Source: Trichosphaerium sp. ATCC 40318 (Eukaryota > Protista > Tubulinea). Taken from it: 64,000 nucleotides of DNA. Position numbers and translations under genes: made by a program. Every line of letters starts with the position of its first letter. The first letter of the stretch is position 1. Positions 36,309 to 51,932 of this stretch are shown piece by piece. The stretch spans positions 99,106-163,105 of the forward strand of contig JALMLS010000211.1 of the NCBI GenBank assembly GCA_038496445.1, read 5' to 3'. Below the pieces are notes generated by a model. The model was not told the DNA's origin, made no database searches, and was given only the letters and a program-made list of their open reading frames with translations.

Positions 36309-37507
36309 TTATGTTGCTGGTAATATGTACTTTAGGTTACACAATCTGTAGTAGGTCCGCCTCAAGTCCATTTGTTTTAATCTGAAGATAAGAGGGAAGA
36401 AATTTTTCTCTTGGTAGTAGTGGAGTTGTTGTGGGCGCACCCTGTTAGAATAAAGTAATTAGTAATGAGAATTAAACAAGAAACATTTTAGAAAGTACTA
36501 ATAACTCACCATCAAGTACATTGCACCATTGACAAACGAGTAACTCACGCCCAAAGCCCTTTTCGCTAGAACGTCATCATCACTTTTAACAAAGTTTAGT
36601 ACTTTTTGTAGCTCGTTGTCAGTAGGTTCTCGAAGCAAGGGCTCTATCATTGTGTCATACTTGGGATCATAAACTAAATCTTTAGGTTTTGTATGAGGAT
36701 ACATGACAGTGTAGAAAGTATCACTGATATCAAAGTGCAATTTACTTCCATCTTTCATGTCAAATACATCATGGAAAGTCGGTCTTCCTTCAGGTGTTTT
36801 ATCTTCTACAAGAGACTGTTTCGTCCAACTGCGTTCTCCAAATAATAAGTGCAATAATTGCTGTTCCCCACCAGCTAAAAGCAATCAATAAACAATGCTG
36901 AATAAGAAAATCTTGAGAACAGCCGTGCGCCTTTTTTTCTATCACGTGTTTTGATAAACAAAAACGAATGTAGGTACCTGAAGTTGAAATAAATGGCTTC
37001 TCCTTGGAACCATTGCCGGAGAGCCTGAGGGCTATAGCACTGTTATTAGAGAAGTTTCTGAAGAACCCGAAATGGTCGCTTGATTTAGGTTCAATTGCTT
37101 GAGCGTTGAGAACATGCTTCCTTGCGCACAAAAGCGAACTTGGTTGACCTGTGGCGATACTGTAGGCTATTTGATTATGTCTACAGTCCAAATACAACTT
37201 CCGAGCTGTTTCGAACACGTTTTCTTCTAATTTGGCGTCGCCATTTTGAAAGTAAGTATGGTGGTAACTACACAGCTTATAAAATGAGTTGAGTAATATT
37301 TCGGCCTTATCAGGGTCTTTTGGAGAAGGCAACAGTAAATCGTCTGGTAGTAGTGTCGATTTACGCCTGGATCAAGAGGGGTTTTTGTAAGCTTGTTTAC
37401 CCGGAACAGCGCTCATACCGTTTTGCATCACGTAAAACAGCTATTTTACCTCGGTTTTGGATATAGTTGGTTGTGCGGCATTGCTGCGCTGTTGCTAAAC
37501 GTAACAT
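36309..37507 (-). CDS. DUF4919-like protein with a putative mitochondrial presequence, multi-exon
   Basis: MLRLATAQQCRTT... presequence. SGNGSKEKPF...KQSLV...HDVF...LHFDIS resembles the DUF4919 C-terminal pattern (recognised by eye). 3' end uncertain. Confidence 0.5.
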
Positions 37508-38001
37508 GATTTGCTGTAAACTTACAAATAAAGGTCAACTTAGTTGTTAACCAATGAGGAAGTTGCGCGGACTAAAAATGGGGATCAGCTGAGTATGACC
37601 AACTGCAGTCACTGTAGGAATATTCTCTATGTCATAATATCCACACGTGGTGTAGTATAGTTAATGCACTTACAGTTGAAAACGTCTGTAATACGTATAA
37701 GTACATAGAGGCTAATAACTTATCAGGCTGTTGGAAAATCAAACTTTTTTTCTAACAAAACTGCAAAAAGTCGATCACATTTACTATACGTAAAGTCACG
37801 ATTTTAACAGCAACTTGAAGCAATGTTTCACGTGTCAGTTGGTTCATTTGTTTATAACCAGCATTCACGTGTTTTTTTTTGTTTCGTAGAACAAATCGTT
37901 TTTTGTGCTGCACAATGAAAGTGCACTAGTTTTTTGTGTCAAATCATTCATTATCAGAAATGACAAACTTCGAGAAGCACACCTCCTTTTTTTCAGATAC
38001 G

Positions 38002-38860
38002 ATGTACAAGAAAATACTAACACAAGTTGATTTGCTAGTACCCACGAGGTCACGTGTTCAAATATTAATGAAAGCTAATTCTTATTAGTGCACCACTACT
38101 GCGTTTACCTGCGGAACTCATTTTAGATATCACCGACCTGTACCCGAAGTTCAAAGAAGTCCAACATCTTCTATGTAAAAAAACTGCTTTAGAATCTGGC
38201 AAATACAATCTACGTTTTGAGAAGTGTGGTACATTCGAAGAGTGGCATGAGAATGGCAAGAGAAAGAGTAAATTTACGTATGAGAATGGGAAGCTCCATG
38301 GAGAGGGTATGATGTGGTCCAGTGATGGATGCTTGCGCGTTAACAGCACGTTCATATACGGAGTGGCACAATTTATCAGGTATAAAAACGGCCGTGTACT
38401 GGGAAAATGGGATTCTAAAACTAGTACTTACAACTCCAATGATGACCAAGATTCTTGGAACAGTTCAGTTGGTTGGTTGGCTAGTAAGCTATGGTTTACG
38501 AAAAATATCAACAAAAAAGTTATTTATATCGTTGATAAGCGTAGATATACAGAATTCCTTGGTAACATACCACATGGTAGGGACGAACAATATATTCGCG
38601 GATGTAAAACCAGTAGTGGATCATACAAGAACGGATTGATGCACGGATCATTCAAGTATTGGCATTCAAACCATAAATTGGGACTGATAGAAGGGACTTC
38701 TGATGGTCAACTGGTAGGTTTAACTCCGTATTTACATGGCAAACGTCATGGTACAGAAATACAGTATAGATCGCGTATCAAATCTACGTTAGTATACGAA
38801 GATGGCGTTCTTATAAAACAGGAGAGAAGACCATATTCTTGGGCACTAAAGTTCGACTAA
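38002..38860 (+). CDS. F-box + divergent MORN2 repeat protein, copy C
   Basis: MYKKILTQVDLLVPTS, intron 38049-38088, APLLRLPAELILDITDLYPKFKEVQHLLCKK, then GTFEEWHENGKRK...YENGKLHGEGMMWSSDG...YKNGLMHGSFKYWHSN...YLHGKRHG. Confidence 0.8.
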
Positions 38861-39197
38861 GAGAGTGTTAGTTAGTAAAGTGGTAGGTTTCAAACCATTA
38901 CCCATTTTCTTCATTAGCAGATAAACAAACAGGATTTGGAGTAATCACATCCAACCTTATTAACAGAACTTTGTGGGTAAGGTCAATAACTAGCTATGTA
39001 GTCACACCGAAAAAAGGTAACTATTTTCGTCTTTCACGGATGAACACGCAAGCCAGTTTCTAAATCCGTCTAGAGATATCGGAAAAAGATAGACACGGCG
39101 TTTTACAATTCAATGAAAAAACCTGACCGTCGCAAGGTGGAGCAAAAAGTCAAAAGCAGTAGTAATAAAAGATCGATCTGTTTAACACAATACTACA

Positions 39198-39544
39198 ATG
39201 GCAAAGACGTTAACAGCAGCTCAGTTAGAAACAATAAAAGCAGGTTTTAGAGAAGGAGATGCCAACAAGGACGGCAAAATAACACCAGAAGAACTCGAAG
39301 CTGTATGAGTGATTGTATTTCTATGCCTTCAACGTTGTATCGCTAATACCATCAACTAGATGCTCAAAAAATGTGGTGTTGATGAAGCAGACATTAAACC
39401 AATGGCAAAGGTAGCTTTCGAAGCTGTAGATACCAATAAGGACGTGCGTACCTTTAACAACTACAACGATTTGTTAGTAGCTAAAAAAAGACCTTTTAGG
39501 GCGCTATTACTCTCGACGAGTACATCGCATACGCGAGCAAATAA
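39198..39544 (+). CDS. Small two-EF-hand calcium-binding protein, 3 exons
   Basis: Canonical EF loops FREGDANKDGKITPEEL and FEAVDTNKD/GAITLDEY. Confidence 0.9.
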
Positions 39545-40158
39545 AACTAGCTTATGCCGATTCGAACACGTGATTGTTTTAAAAATAAACGGTTTATCTG
39601 TCAGTTAGCTCTTTGTTAATCTATTTCAAAAACACCTAGAACATTGTAATGCCTCAGGTAGTGTATTTGCGCTGTTAACGAACACAAAGTTCTTTTTTTT
39701 AATGATGTTCTTACAGACTCTTTTTGCCAAAATCGGTCTCATCTTAGCTACCAAGTAAACCTGGTAGCGTATTTAACAATTTATTAAACCATTGGCCAAC
39801 CAAATGTCTAATGAAATAGTTCCTGCACTTAGCTGTTGTTCCCTAGAGTTCCCTAGAGTATAAGTCGTTTGTGGCTTTTGATAAAATTGTATCAAGACGA
39901 TGATACACTTGGAGCTCTGTCGAATGGCTAAACTAAATTACTATGTAACCAGCAACTACTTCTTCAGTCTATGTATTTAAACACATTCTTTTGTTTTTGA
40001 ACTTTATTTTCTGAACTACAAGGCCTCCATTTGAAAAAGGCGAAATATTTTGTTGTCTTAAAGGTTTTTTTTTATAAAAGAGGTATTGGCAAGACAGAGC
40101 TTGTATGTACACGACGAGCAAAGATTAAGCAAGTAAAACAAATTTAGGATTTCATTTT

Positions 40159-41238
40159 TTAAGTGAAAGCCATTTCTTGCTCCAAAGCACGTAATTCGGC
40201 CTCAGCGTCCTTGTCAAGAGAAGGTTGTGTATCAGGTACATCAGGAACTAAATAAAAGCCATTAACAATCAACATGTAAAAAACTAGAAACGAGAAAAAA
40301 AAATTGATTCAAAAAACGAAACGTACGTTGCATATCATCCACTGGTGCCGCCACATGATTTTGAGGAACAGTACCGGCGCCCAATAACTCTTCATCAAGG
40401 CGTTGCTGTTCTAACTCATCTAATTCTTTCTCAAGATCATCATCGTCAATGCCTAAGCCGTCCAGTGGTTGTGCTATCGCGTCACCTAGAAGAAGGAAAA
40501 AATAAGCAAAAAATACTAAAACAGCGCTTGTGTTGTACCAATCTCGTTAGCGACTTCCATCTGCTCTCGAATATCTTCTAATGTATCTTCTACGTCAGTG
40601 ACGTCCCTATTTAACGATTATTACCAAAAACTTGTGGTGGAATTTACAAAAAAATTGTTTTGAAGAGCGAAATAGAGGCCACAAGGATATTGTGAGCGAT
40701 TTGGTGGAAAAAAAAGTCGTTTTGATGTATTTACACGTTTAAACGTCTTGATGGAATTTTAAAGGCTTTGTGCGTACATTCCACGGGATAACTGCCGTAA
40801 TGCGGAGCTTCCTGTACGCATTGCATCCAAGGCGGCAAAATTAGCTGTAGCTGACTCAATAGCCATAACTTGTGTTTCTATAGTCATTCGAGCTGCGCCT
40901 AACTTTTCTATTTGACTGTCGTACATTCGCTTCCTTCTCAAGGCCATTAATGCCACTACAGGGTTATTAGACGAAATATTATGATATAACTGATGAGTAA
41001 TTCAATAAGTGTAACAAAATGGTTTGTAATCGACAAATTGCTGCCATAGAGCATTGTAACAGTTAGGGTACGTACCACGACGATTTTTTGAAGCATTTTC
41101 TTTTGCTTTGGCTCTTTCAGCCTCGGCTTTCTTCTCAAGGAAAGCTTCGCGCTTCTCCAACATACGTTGGGTATCGCGAAGCTTATTTATTGAGTCTGAT
41201 GGTGGTGGCGCTTTCTTTGCTTTACCGAAGAGCCTCAT
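40159..41238 (-). CDS. VPS32: ESCRT-III subunit Vps32/Snf7/CHMP4
   Basis: MRLFGKAKK...SINKLRDTQRMLEKREAFLEKK...ALMALRRKRMY...IDDDDLEKELDELEQ...EAELRALEQEMAFT*. Confidence 0.95.
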
Positions 41239-41546
41239 GCTTCACCAGTTTTGTCGTTCTCAAATATTTGTGTGAAGTGGTCAAAAAAACCGAAATGTCG
41301 TTACGTGAATTCTGCGCCAAATAACATTGTTGACTTTTTTGATTGAGCCCAGATTTTCAAATGCCTTGTGAATATCTGTTTCACAGTCCTACGAAACACC
41401 TAAGTGCAGGATTAAGTGTTCAATCTATGTAGTGCAAGCCAATAAAACATAAAGAGACAACGGAGGAAGCAAGAGTGCTACGATAATGAAGGTTCATGTC
41501 AAATGATCCGTCGAAGAAATTTTATTTTACTGTACAAAAAAAAAAA

Positions 41547-43289
41547 CTATCGTGTCTCGATTGATAGTATATCACCATCTTCAACGCGATGTTCCCCATT
41601 AACACTACGTAATCTACGCTGCTGAGCAACATCCCGGAATCCATCAAACTTTAGATAAGTCTTGTAATTGACAACATTTGCACGACGAAAATCTTTTTTG
41701 AAATCTGTGTGAATTTCTCCAGCACAGTTCCTCGCATTTGTTCCTTTAACAACTTGCCAACCTAGATATAGATATTACGATACGATTAGATGACATTCCT
41801 TACCTCCAATTTTATCGCCTTTGATTGTATAAAACGTGATTAAATCCAGTACTTTATAAAGCTTTTGTGTTATATTATCTAAAGCTACTTGCTCTAATCC
41901 GAATTCTTTCGCAAGCTCTTTAGCCTCAGTGGCATCTATTGAAACAAACCAAATTAATAAAACTAGTCATTACAATAGTATACTCTATACCTTGTATTGA
42001 AGCAATATCAGCGTCTATTTTAGCACTAACAATGACTGACATTCTGCCAGTCTTACTTATGTACTCATGTGCTGTTTTAGTTAAATCATTACCTTGCACA
42101 TCTTCCTCCTAATGAACAAGTTTATAAGAAACAGATAAGATAAAGGCCCTTTGTTATACGTACTCCAACATTAAGACAATACAACATTGGTTTTGCAGAC
42201 AACAAATTCAAAGATCGTAGAATGCTTTGTTCTACCTCTCCACGTGATAATAAATTATTTGAAAGGGTATCTTCCTCGAGCTCTAAAGCACTTTAGTTTA
42301 TCTACGTATTTATGCAAATACATACCAACAAGAGTGCGCTCCAGTAGCTTGCGGAAGGTCTTTGGATCCAGATTAGATGCCTAGGGTGGTATTTAATTAA
42401 TTTAGTGTTGCAACACGTGACATGAACGGTCATACTGTTGCAGCTTGCTGAGGTTTCTTTAATAAGTTTTCAACAATAGCTATATCCTTCTGCGCCAGTT
42501 CATGAGTAATTGTATTGATGTCACTTATGCATACATTACTCCAAATCATTCTTAAAAAAAACCGCACCGAACAGGGTCTACCTAAACGTATAAGAGTCAC
42601 ATAATCCTAACACGATCACTGCGTACTTCTTCATCTACATGTGGTACATTATGTCCTTTGAAACAACGCACCTAGTTCGTAAATCAACAAATCACAACAA
42701 ACTACATTGGAGCCCAACGTACAAGATGCAAGATGGCATCTACCCGTGCTATTTCAGATAGGAACTGATTACCCAAGCCAAGGCCTTCTGCAGCACCGCG
42801 AATGAGCCCTGCGATGTCTGGGGAATTTTTTAGCGTTAGAAAAAGACGTACTGACTTTTGAAAACGGGAAATGAAACAAGTTACCTACCAATCACCTCCT
42901 GTTACGATTTAGACTATTTTCAACGTATATTGCGTACGATTCTGGCTACATCAACTGAAGAAGCTCCCTCGCACTTTGCTATGTGGTTTAAACGCACGTC
43001 CGGTACCGCAATCCGCGCAATGTTTGGTTTAATAGTACAAAACGGAAAATTTTCGTTTCGCGCCATCTAACATGCGTTTTAGTAACTCAAATTATGGTTA
43101 TATACGATGTAAGGCATAATATTACCTGGCTTCCCACCAAAGAATTGAACAACGTTGATTTACCGATATTCGGCATACCTAAAGTGGTTTTAGATGGTTG
43201 ATCGCTGAAACAAAACCCATACCAACTATGCCCACCTTTCTTATCCTCACAGTGCACGAGCAATGGTACCACCTACGCCCAAATCGCAT
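41547..43289 (-). CDS. ychF: YchF/OLA1-family Obg-like ATPase, probably the mitochondrial paralog, multi-exon
   Basis: MRFGRRW...[14 protein letters not shown]...[10 protein letters not shown]...[23 protein letters not shown]...VEDGDIL. Confidence 0.88.
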
Positions 43290-43485
43290 ACTGCGCTATT
43301 CTTCTTGTGCAAACGCGTTTCTCCCTGCTTGACTTAACCGCCCATTATTTCCAACAGCCACACTGAGCCAAAAGTACGCCAATAACTCTAGTTTCGGTGA
43401 GTTTTATTTAACTTGACGAAGAAAAGCGGAGATTTCAACCGAAGATACCAAAAGGGTTAAAGGAGGTTATTATTCGCTCAACAAG

Positions 43486-45792
<2,307 letters not shown>

Positions 45793-46045
45793 ACGAACAA
45801 AAAAAACAAAAAAAAAATCCACCAACACCCATGTAAAGTTACCACACGTGTTTGTGTTGCAACCCTTTTTTTTGTTAGATAATTGTAAAGCGAAGAAGAA
45901 ATTTATGTAATTTTAGTAAAGATTCCTTTTTTTTCGGCTTTCCCTAAACTACAAGTAGTATAAACGCTTTCCAATATAGTTTCTCCATAATTGTATAGAG
46001 GAATTCAAGAGAATAAGATGGTTCATACAGCGAATCTATGTTCAA

Positions 46046-47457
46046 ATGGAGAAATCTTTAAATACAACCTACGTTAGCTCTAAATTAACCTCTGTTGTCG
46101 CTAGATACAATGCTCAGTAAGTAGTATGTACGATAGTACTCGTCTATTCTCTTCTTTTTGTCGGTAGTACTACTACTTTACAAAAATGGAATTAACTAAA
46201 CTTTTTTTGGACAAGTCAGTTTTTTTCTTGCTCCAACATTCACTTTGACTGTCTTGTTTTTAGATATCATTACTTACTATGAGTTGCGTTGGTTAACATT
46301 TTAAAACATAAAGGATACTTTCGGCAGTTTATTCCTTAAAAGGATTCGTAATAGCACCTACTTAACAGCAAGAGGAAGTACAATAACCAGCTAAGGAATT
46401 TAAGGCAATCCTAATAGAAAAAATAATTCAGTGTTCCGGTTACTCGCGTAGTATACAATATTTTCTTAAGAAGCGAATAAAGAATCTAGTCATGTTAAAC
46501 AACGTATTTTACGACTTCGGGATGTAAGTTGGGTACTTCCCATATGGATAGTTTTTCGGCTTTTTTTGGAAGTCGCTAATAAGGAAATACCTTCAAATCA
46601 AGCCTCTTTCATATCCCTTTTGCAACAACTCTCACCTGTTTTACGTAAGATGGATATAAGAAGCATATTAAACGTAGATACTACTGTAGAAGGTATTAAA
46701 CCGAAACAAACACGACTTTTCGTACCGTACAAAGTATGCTCAACGAACGACAACAAAAACACCAAGCCTGAAGTACAACAAGTACCTAAAGTGCTTACAA
46801 TCAAATTACCTCTAAACCATTCAGTCAACCAGCCACGTCTTCCACAGTACGTATAAGTCTTATTCTATATACCATACGCTCATTGCAAGATAAAAAAACC
46901 CTTCGTAACAATCCTACAATCTTTTTTTTTCGGAACATTCGGCTCCTTTTTTTTTTGGATTTCGACTTTTCTTGGTTTTTCTCCATTTGAATCGTAACTA
47001 ATCACTTTCAAATAGTAACGTCTTAGCACAAACATTGGTGAGAAGTGACAGTGGATACGCTACACGTTCAGCTTGTTCTAAAAACCCACAACTTTTGAAG
47101 AATTCTGAGTTTAAACCAAAACGAAAGCGAATAGTATGTTCCTTTACAAATATAAAGTCCGGACAGATTATAAAGAAAAAGAGAACTGGACGGCCACAAG
47201 CTGTCTTTCATATCATTAAACCTAAAGACATTAAAGAGAAGATAGCTAAGCAGATAAAGACAGCAGCAAATAGATCAAGGAACAGCAGTGAAGTGAATAC
47301 TGTTGCTGTTTCATCTTCGAATGACACAAAAGATAATTTCTACAATGTACATTGCAGTTGGCAGTTTGGAAGCCCTTACCAGGCAGATTCACAGCCAATG
47401 CCTCCTCTACAACCGCTTCAGCGCAAATTTGAGTTCACTCAATACACACACTGCTAG
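46046..47457 (+). CDS. Hypothetical basic protein, exon structure uncertain
   Basis: Two sizeable co-oriented ORF segments (46566-46856 and 47035-47457) with a KPKRKR-type basic stretch, separated by T-rich intron-like sequence. Confidence 0.4.
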
Positions 47458-48295
47458 TTTTCTATTTGTTCCGTAGCTCCAATGTACATAGTTGTATTAT
47501 ATTAACGGCCATACATTCGCTGTCCTTCTTGTAAATAAAAGTATCTTGTAGTAGCAAACAACGCTTTTTTTTCCTTTTTTAGAGTTGTAGGAAAATCTGT
47601 TACACAAACGCTATCCAAATAAAACTGTTTCATGCGATACTTTGATTGTTATTTACTTGTATCCACTCGTATGTACATGATAAAGAATCGTCATCAAACG
47701 TTTACTAAACCTGTTTTTAGCATCATTTTTCTTAGAGTACAACAACCGTGCAGTCCCGTGATATGTCTGTTTGTAATAGAACCGAATACTAGGGCAATAA
47801 TATTTCCGTAAACAACCAGGAACTTCCTCATCACCTTAGATAGAATCATGTGACTTATTTGAAAGTAGTGCTTGCAACGTTTGACTTTATAGTTTATTCT
47901 CATTATGTAGAACCCCTACCTAATAAATACGCCAGTGCACAACACAAAGGTCTATTTCACAACGATACCGTAGCTGATTATTCTTTCTTTTTAGCACCAT
48001 GGCTCGTAACATTGTTTTAAACAACATTCTACAGAATTTGCCAACTTTGATTTGGTATTTTGTGCACGTGTTCGTTGTTAGCCACAGAATGTAAGAAAAT
48101 AGCTTGAAGCAATCCAGGTAAACTTATGTACCATATCACCCTTCTGAGCGTTTTTTTCCTGAAGCTCCCTAAAACAGGCTTAATACTTCAGCAAACTGCG
48201 AACACCGAAACAAAACAATATAATTCGTGCCAATCACAATACAGGAAAGCTCATATACACTTCACGTACTACTCTAGTACAGGAAACAAATACAA

Positions 48296-50418
48296 ATGAA
48301 TCTACGCATATTTATGCGTATTGCACTCGTAATATACGTAACCAGCGTCCAAACAGCGAATGGTGCACTTGTAGACACCTGTGAAGAACATGGGAAGAGA
48401 TATCAACTGTACGATGATGCAGCGTCGTATAACGGTAGATGGGAAGTCGAATGTAATGGTGGTAAGTAAAGAGTATAGAACCACGCAATTGTACTAAAAC
48501 TGGGGTTTAGATTTTCACCCTGTAGCGATAGCAACCGTAAACGAAGCAATTGCACTCGCAAATTTCCCAGTACGTAGTATTACAAGAAAGTTCACTTTCG
48601 CCTTTTTTGATAAACGGATAGTTGCCATTATACGTCTTATTTCATTATTCACGTTTCAGAGGCCTTTAGCAACCGTTTTGTAAAACCGTAGGTCTATTTT
48701 GAGACTCTGCTCCTTGTTGAGCAAAAAGCTGATCTTTTTTTATAGTAGTTTTTGTTGCACAGTTAACGTTGCTTAGAATTTTCTGCTTTCAGTCTCATCA
48801 TCTACTACTTTTACATACAATAACAAATTTATCATGCCAGGGTTGTATAACTCTTCAACACCACCCAACCCTGGTTGTACTCAATATGAGTCAGGAGTAC
48901 GTTGTTTCCAAATTTTTGATTTTGTAGTTTATTCAAAGAACTTTTTAGGTGATCACTAACAAGTGTGATGCAACTCACTTTGTTTGCGAATCCAATATTA
49001 CCAAAGGATTCTCAAACTGTATTCAAGTTGAGTACAATTTTTCAAAAGTAGTGCTTACAGAGTCCCTACAATATCGCTTGTATATCGGTAAGCTGTTTTT
49101 CGTGTTTTTCTCGAAATGAAAGTTGTTATTTCCGTTTTTCTTGCGCACGTGCAGGTGTACTTATAAACAAAATATCTAGATCGTTTTTATGTAGTGTATA
49201 ACATGACGAATCCAAATTTCATAAATGCTGGCCTTTTTTGCAGGAAGAGAGGCGGATATCTTGCCAGCTCCAATTCATTTGATGAACATAGGTGGGGTGT
49301 TAAGGTTGCTGGAATAAATTACACAGGACCGTTTCTTATTGGTCTGTCTTCTTTGGGTAGATCTAATTCATCTGATTATGCTTGGGTACGTAATTAGAAA
49401 AAAAAATTGTTTAAGTAGAGTTCAAATGCCAACTTAATAATTTGGACAAGGATCCTAATAGCTTATTGTAGCAAACAAAAGAAGGAGGTTCAGAACCTTG
49501 GGTTGATGATTGGGTATTAACCTTAACAAACAATACCGTTGATATAAATCCGTGGGATGTTACTACCAGCATTCAACCAGATGGTGGAGAAGAAAAATGT
49601 GTTTACTTGTATAACTCTTTTTTTGTGATGTGTAGTTATCATAATACTATTTTCACGATTATTTTGTATTCCTTTATTAACACAAGTTTTTAGTACGCTT
49701 GAAAGGTTGAGTGATTATAAATGTATTGAAACAACAGTAAATGGGAAACCTCTTCTTCCAATATGTGAAGTTGAATACTACAAATGGCCTACATGGACGC
49801 CTTCAAAGCCAGAAAAGTTCAATACAGCACCAATATCATATGAATGGGAGGCCAAGATAGCAAAAAGTAAAGACAATAAGATTGAAGTGTTACAAGATGT
49901 GGAGATTGTTGGTACGACTGAACTAGCTAGCTACAACAAAACGAAATAAGAAAAAACTAAGAAAAAAAATATCTTTTGACTAGTCTTGTAATTACCAACG
50001 TGTTATTTCATCTAGGAAACCTCGAACTACCCGAAGGCACAACTATTAGTTTTGGATCGGGTGACATATCTTTAAATATTGGAAATTGTTTGGACGCTGA
50101 GAATCTTGCTGTTGAAGCAACAAAGGGTGTACGATTTAATTCCGCTTTTTTTTTTATGACTTTAATGGGACCTGACCTCATTTGTTTAATTAGACAACTA
50201 CCGTTACAATATCTTACAGTGACAGTTGTATTCAAGTCAATCCTACCATATTACTACCACCATGTGTAAAGACACAAAAGGAGAAGGAACATTCTTTTGG
50301 AAGAACAATTCTCCTATTACGGTTTAGTATTTCTGATGAAAAAGGTAGTGAATGTTCTTCATCAAGCGTACTTTTGGTATCTCTTTGGTTTTTAGTACTT
50401 AGTGTATTTGTTATTTAA
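48296..50418 (+). CDS. C-type-lectin-domain cell-surface protein (signal peptide, C-terminal hydrophobic/GPI-like tail)
   Basis: FINAGLFCRKRGGYLASSNSFDE...FLIGL...YAW...QPDGGEEKCV...CIE...ICE, ending SSSSVLLVSLWFLVLSVFVI*. Confidence 0.75.
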
Positions 50419-51662
50419 CAACATATACAACTGAAATCTACTCCTAATCAGTATCAGCAAGTACTACGTGCAACACTAAAATAATAAAAAAAGAAAATTA
50501 CTAACTGCTTCGTTTGTTTCCTAACGAATAGCGTGTACCCATGACAGTATATCTTAGCGTCTTACTGATGAATCAACTGAAAAGGCAGATATCTAACTAC
50601 ACGGATATCTCACGCTGAATTTGATAGCTATCAAGGCATGATTACTGAAACAAGGCTTAAGGCCTTCGAACATTCGCATTGTATCTATTGTGAGCGAACC
50701 AAAGTCTATTGAAGGTCATATAATCCTATGCAGTATGCGAACGATCACGGAAAGCGCTCGCACATTCTATGTGTCACAACAAGCTGATGAGCCATGCTTG
50801 CGAGTTTTCAACTGTGATCGCGCAGAACCAGCTCGAAAGAGCCTTAAAGTATCGTGAATCAAAGAAGCACACGTTGTGACTCTTGCTAATATGTTAGAGT
50901 CTACAAAAGAAAGGAAAATGCTATTTTGAACTGAAAGCGCGCCAAAAAGGTTATGGTTTATATGGCTATGTCTCATATTACATACAAGTGCGTATAAGAG
51001 CAAAATCAACTGAACATTGGTAACGGTACGATCACGTTTTTTTGAACCGAAAAGGCACGATACATGTTCAAACCGTCACCAACGCTATGATTCTTCTACG
51101 TTATAAAATCGAGGCGTATTTTGAGCAACAAGAGCTTGAGAGAAGCTACAACAGAAAGATCGACCTTTTTTTGGATCAAAACTACACCGAAACACCTTGC
51201 TTTACATTAATAACATACCATTAGTAAATAAAAGTTGATTACGCAAGTTCTCGGTTCTTCGGATTCTTATTATTTAGTTTTGACTTAATATCCCTTGTAA
51301 ATATACATGAGTGTTAAAATACGCGTAAAAGATACTACACAGCAACGCAGAAACCAGTGTAAGCTGCTTTAAGTCTTTTTCGAATTTCACTTTTTTTCAC
51401 ATTTGTTTCTCAACAAGCCACTCTCGATTTACTTCATAACTCCACATCTTAAAACCCAACATCGAAATCCGTATTTTTACTAACAATTGGACTTGATATG
51501 CTTCAATTACCATGTACAACGTATTAGCTCGGTTTTCTCAAAAACTGTAGCAAACCACAATTTTTTTGCAATAAGAAATTACTTGGTTAAAAGGAAAATC
51601 GATTTTTTGTATAGTGGAAGCATACGAATACTACAACTATAATATCTATACTTCTGCTTGAC

Positions 51663-51932
51663 ATGTCAAGACTACTCCGAGCAGTGCGAAAGTACGCTCG
51701 TAAAAAATACGATTCTCTCCTGGGCAGACCATTAGTGATTAATGTCACGGTCACAGTCCCTAAAAGCATCCTGGTTAATACCAACCCAGACTACACATAC
51801 GCTCTGACTTGGGACCCACAGGTAGAAGACCTCTACTACCCACCTACAGGCGTATCAAATATCATAATGATATCCAGCTATGACATAGATCTAGCAAAAA
51901 TGGCATTCGAAGGCGGAAGCCCAAGAATGTAA
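51663..51932 (+). CDS. Small intronless hypothetical protein (89 aa) followed by an A-rich tract
   Basis: ATG-initiated ORF of coding-like composition. The TAA runs straight into about 65 nt of A with interspersed C. Confidence 0.45.
   Translation: MSRLLRAVRKYARKKYDSLLGRPLVINVTVTVPKSILVNTNPDYTYALTWDPQVEDLYYPPTGVSNIIMISSYDIDLAKMAFEGGSPRM

Noticed and set aside
14117-38860. Endogenous giant-virus region
   Set aside because: No viral hallmark genes (capsid, PolB, packaging ATPase). The MORN2 genes have introns and are interleaved with core eukaryotic genes.
50540-51224. Coding-like fragments ending in a 60-aa ORF
   Set aside because: Multiple stops and no consistent splice model or recognisable domain. 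It may be a decayed gene, but this cannot be supported.
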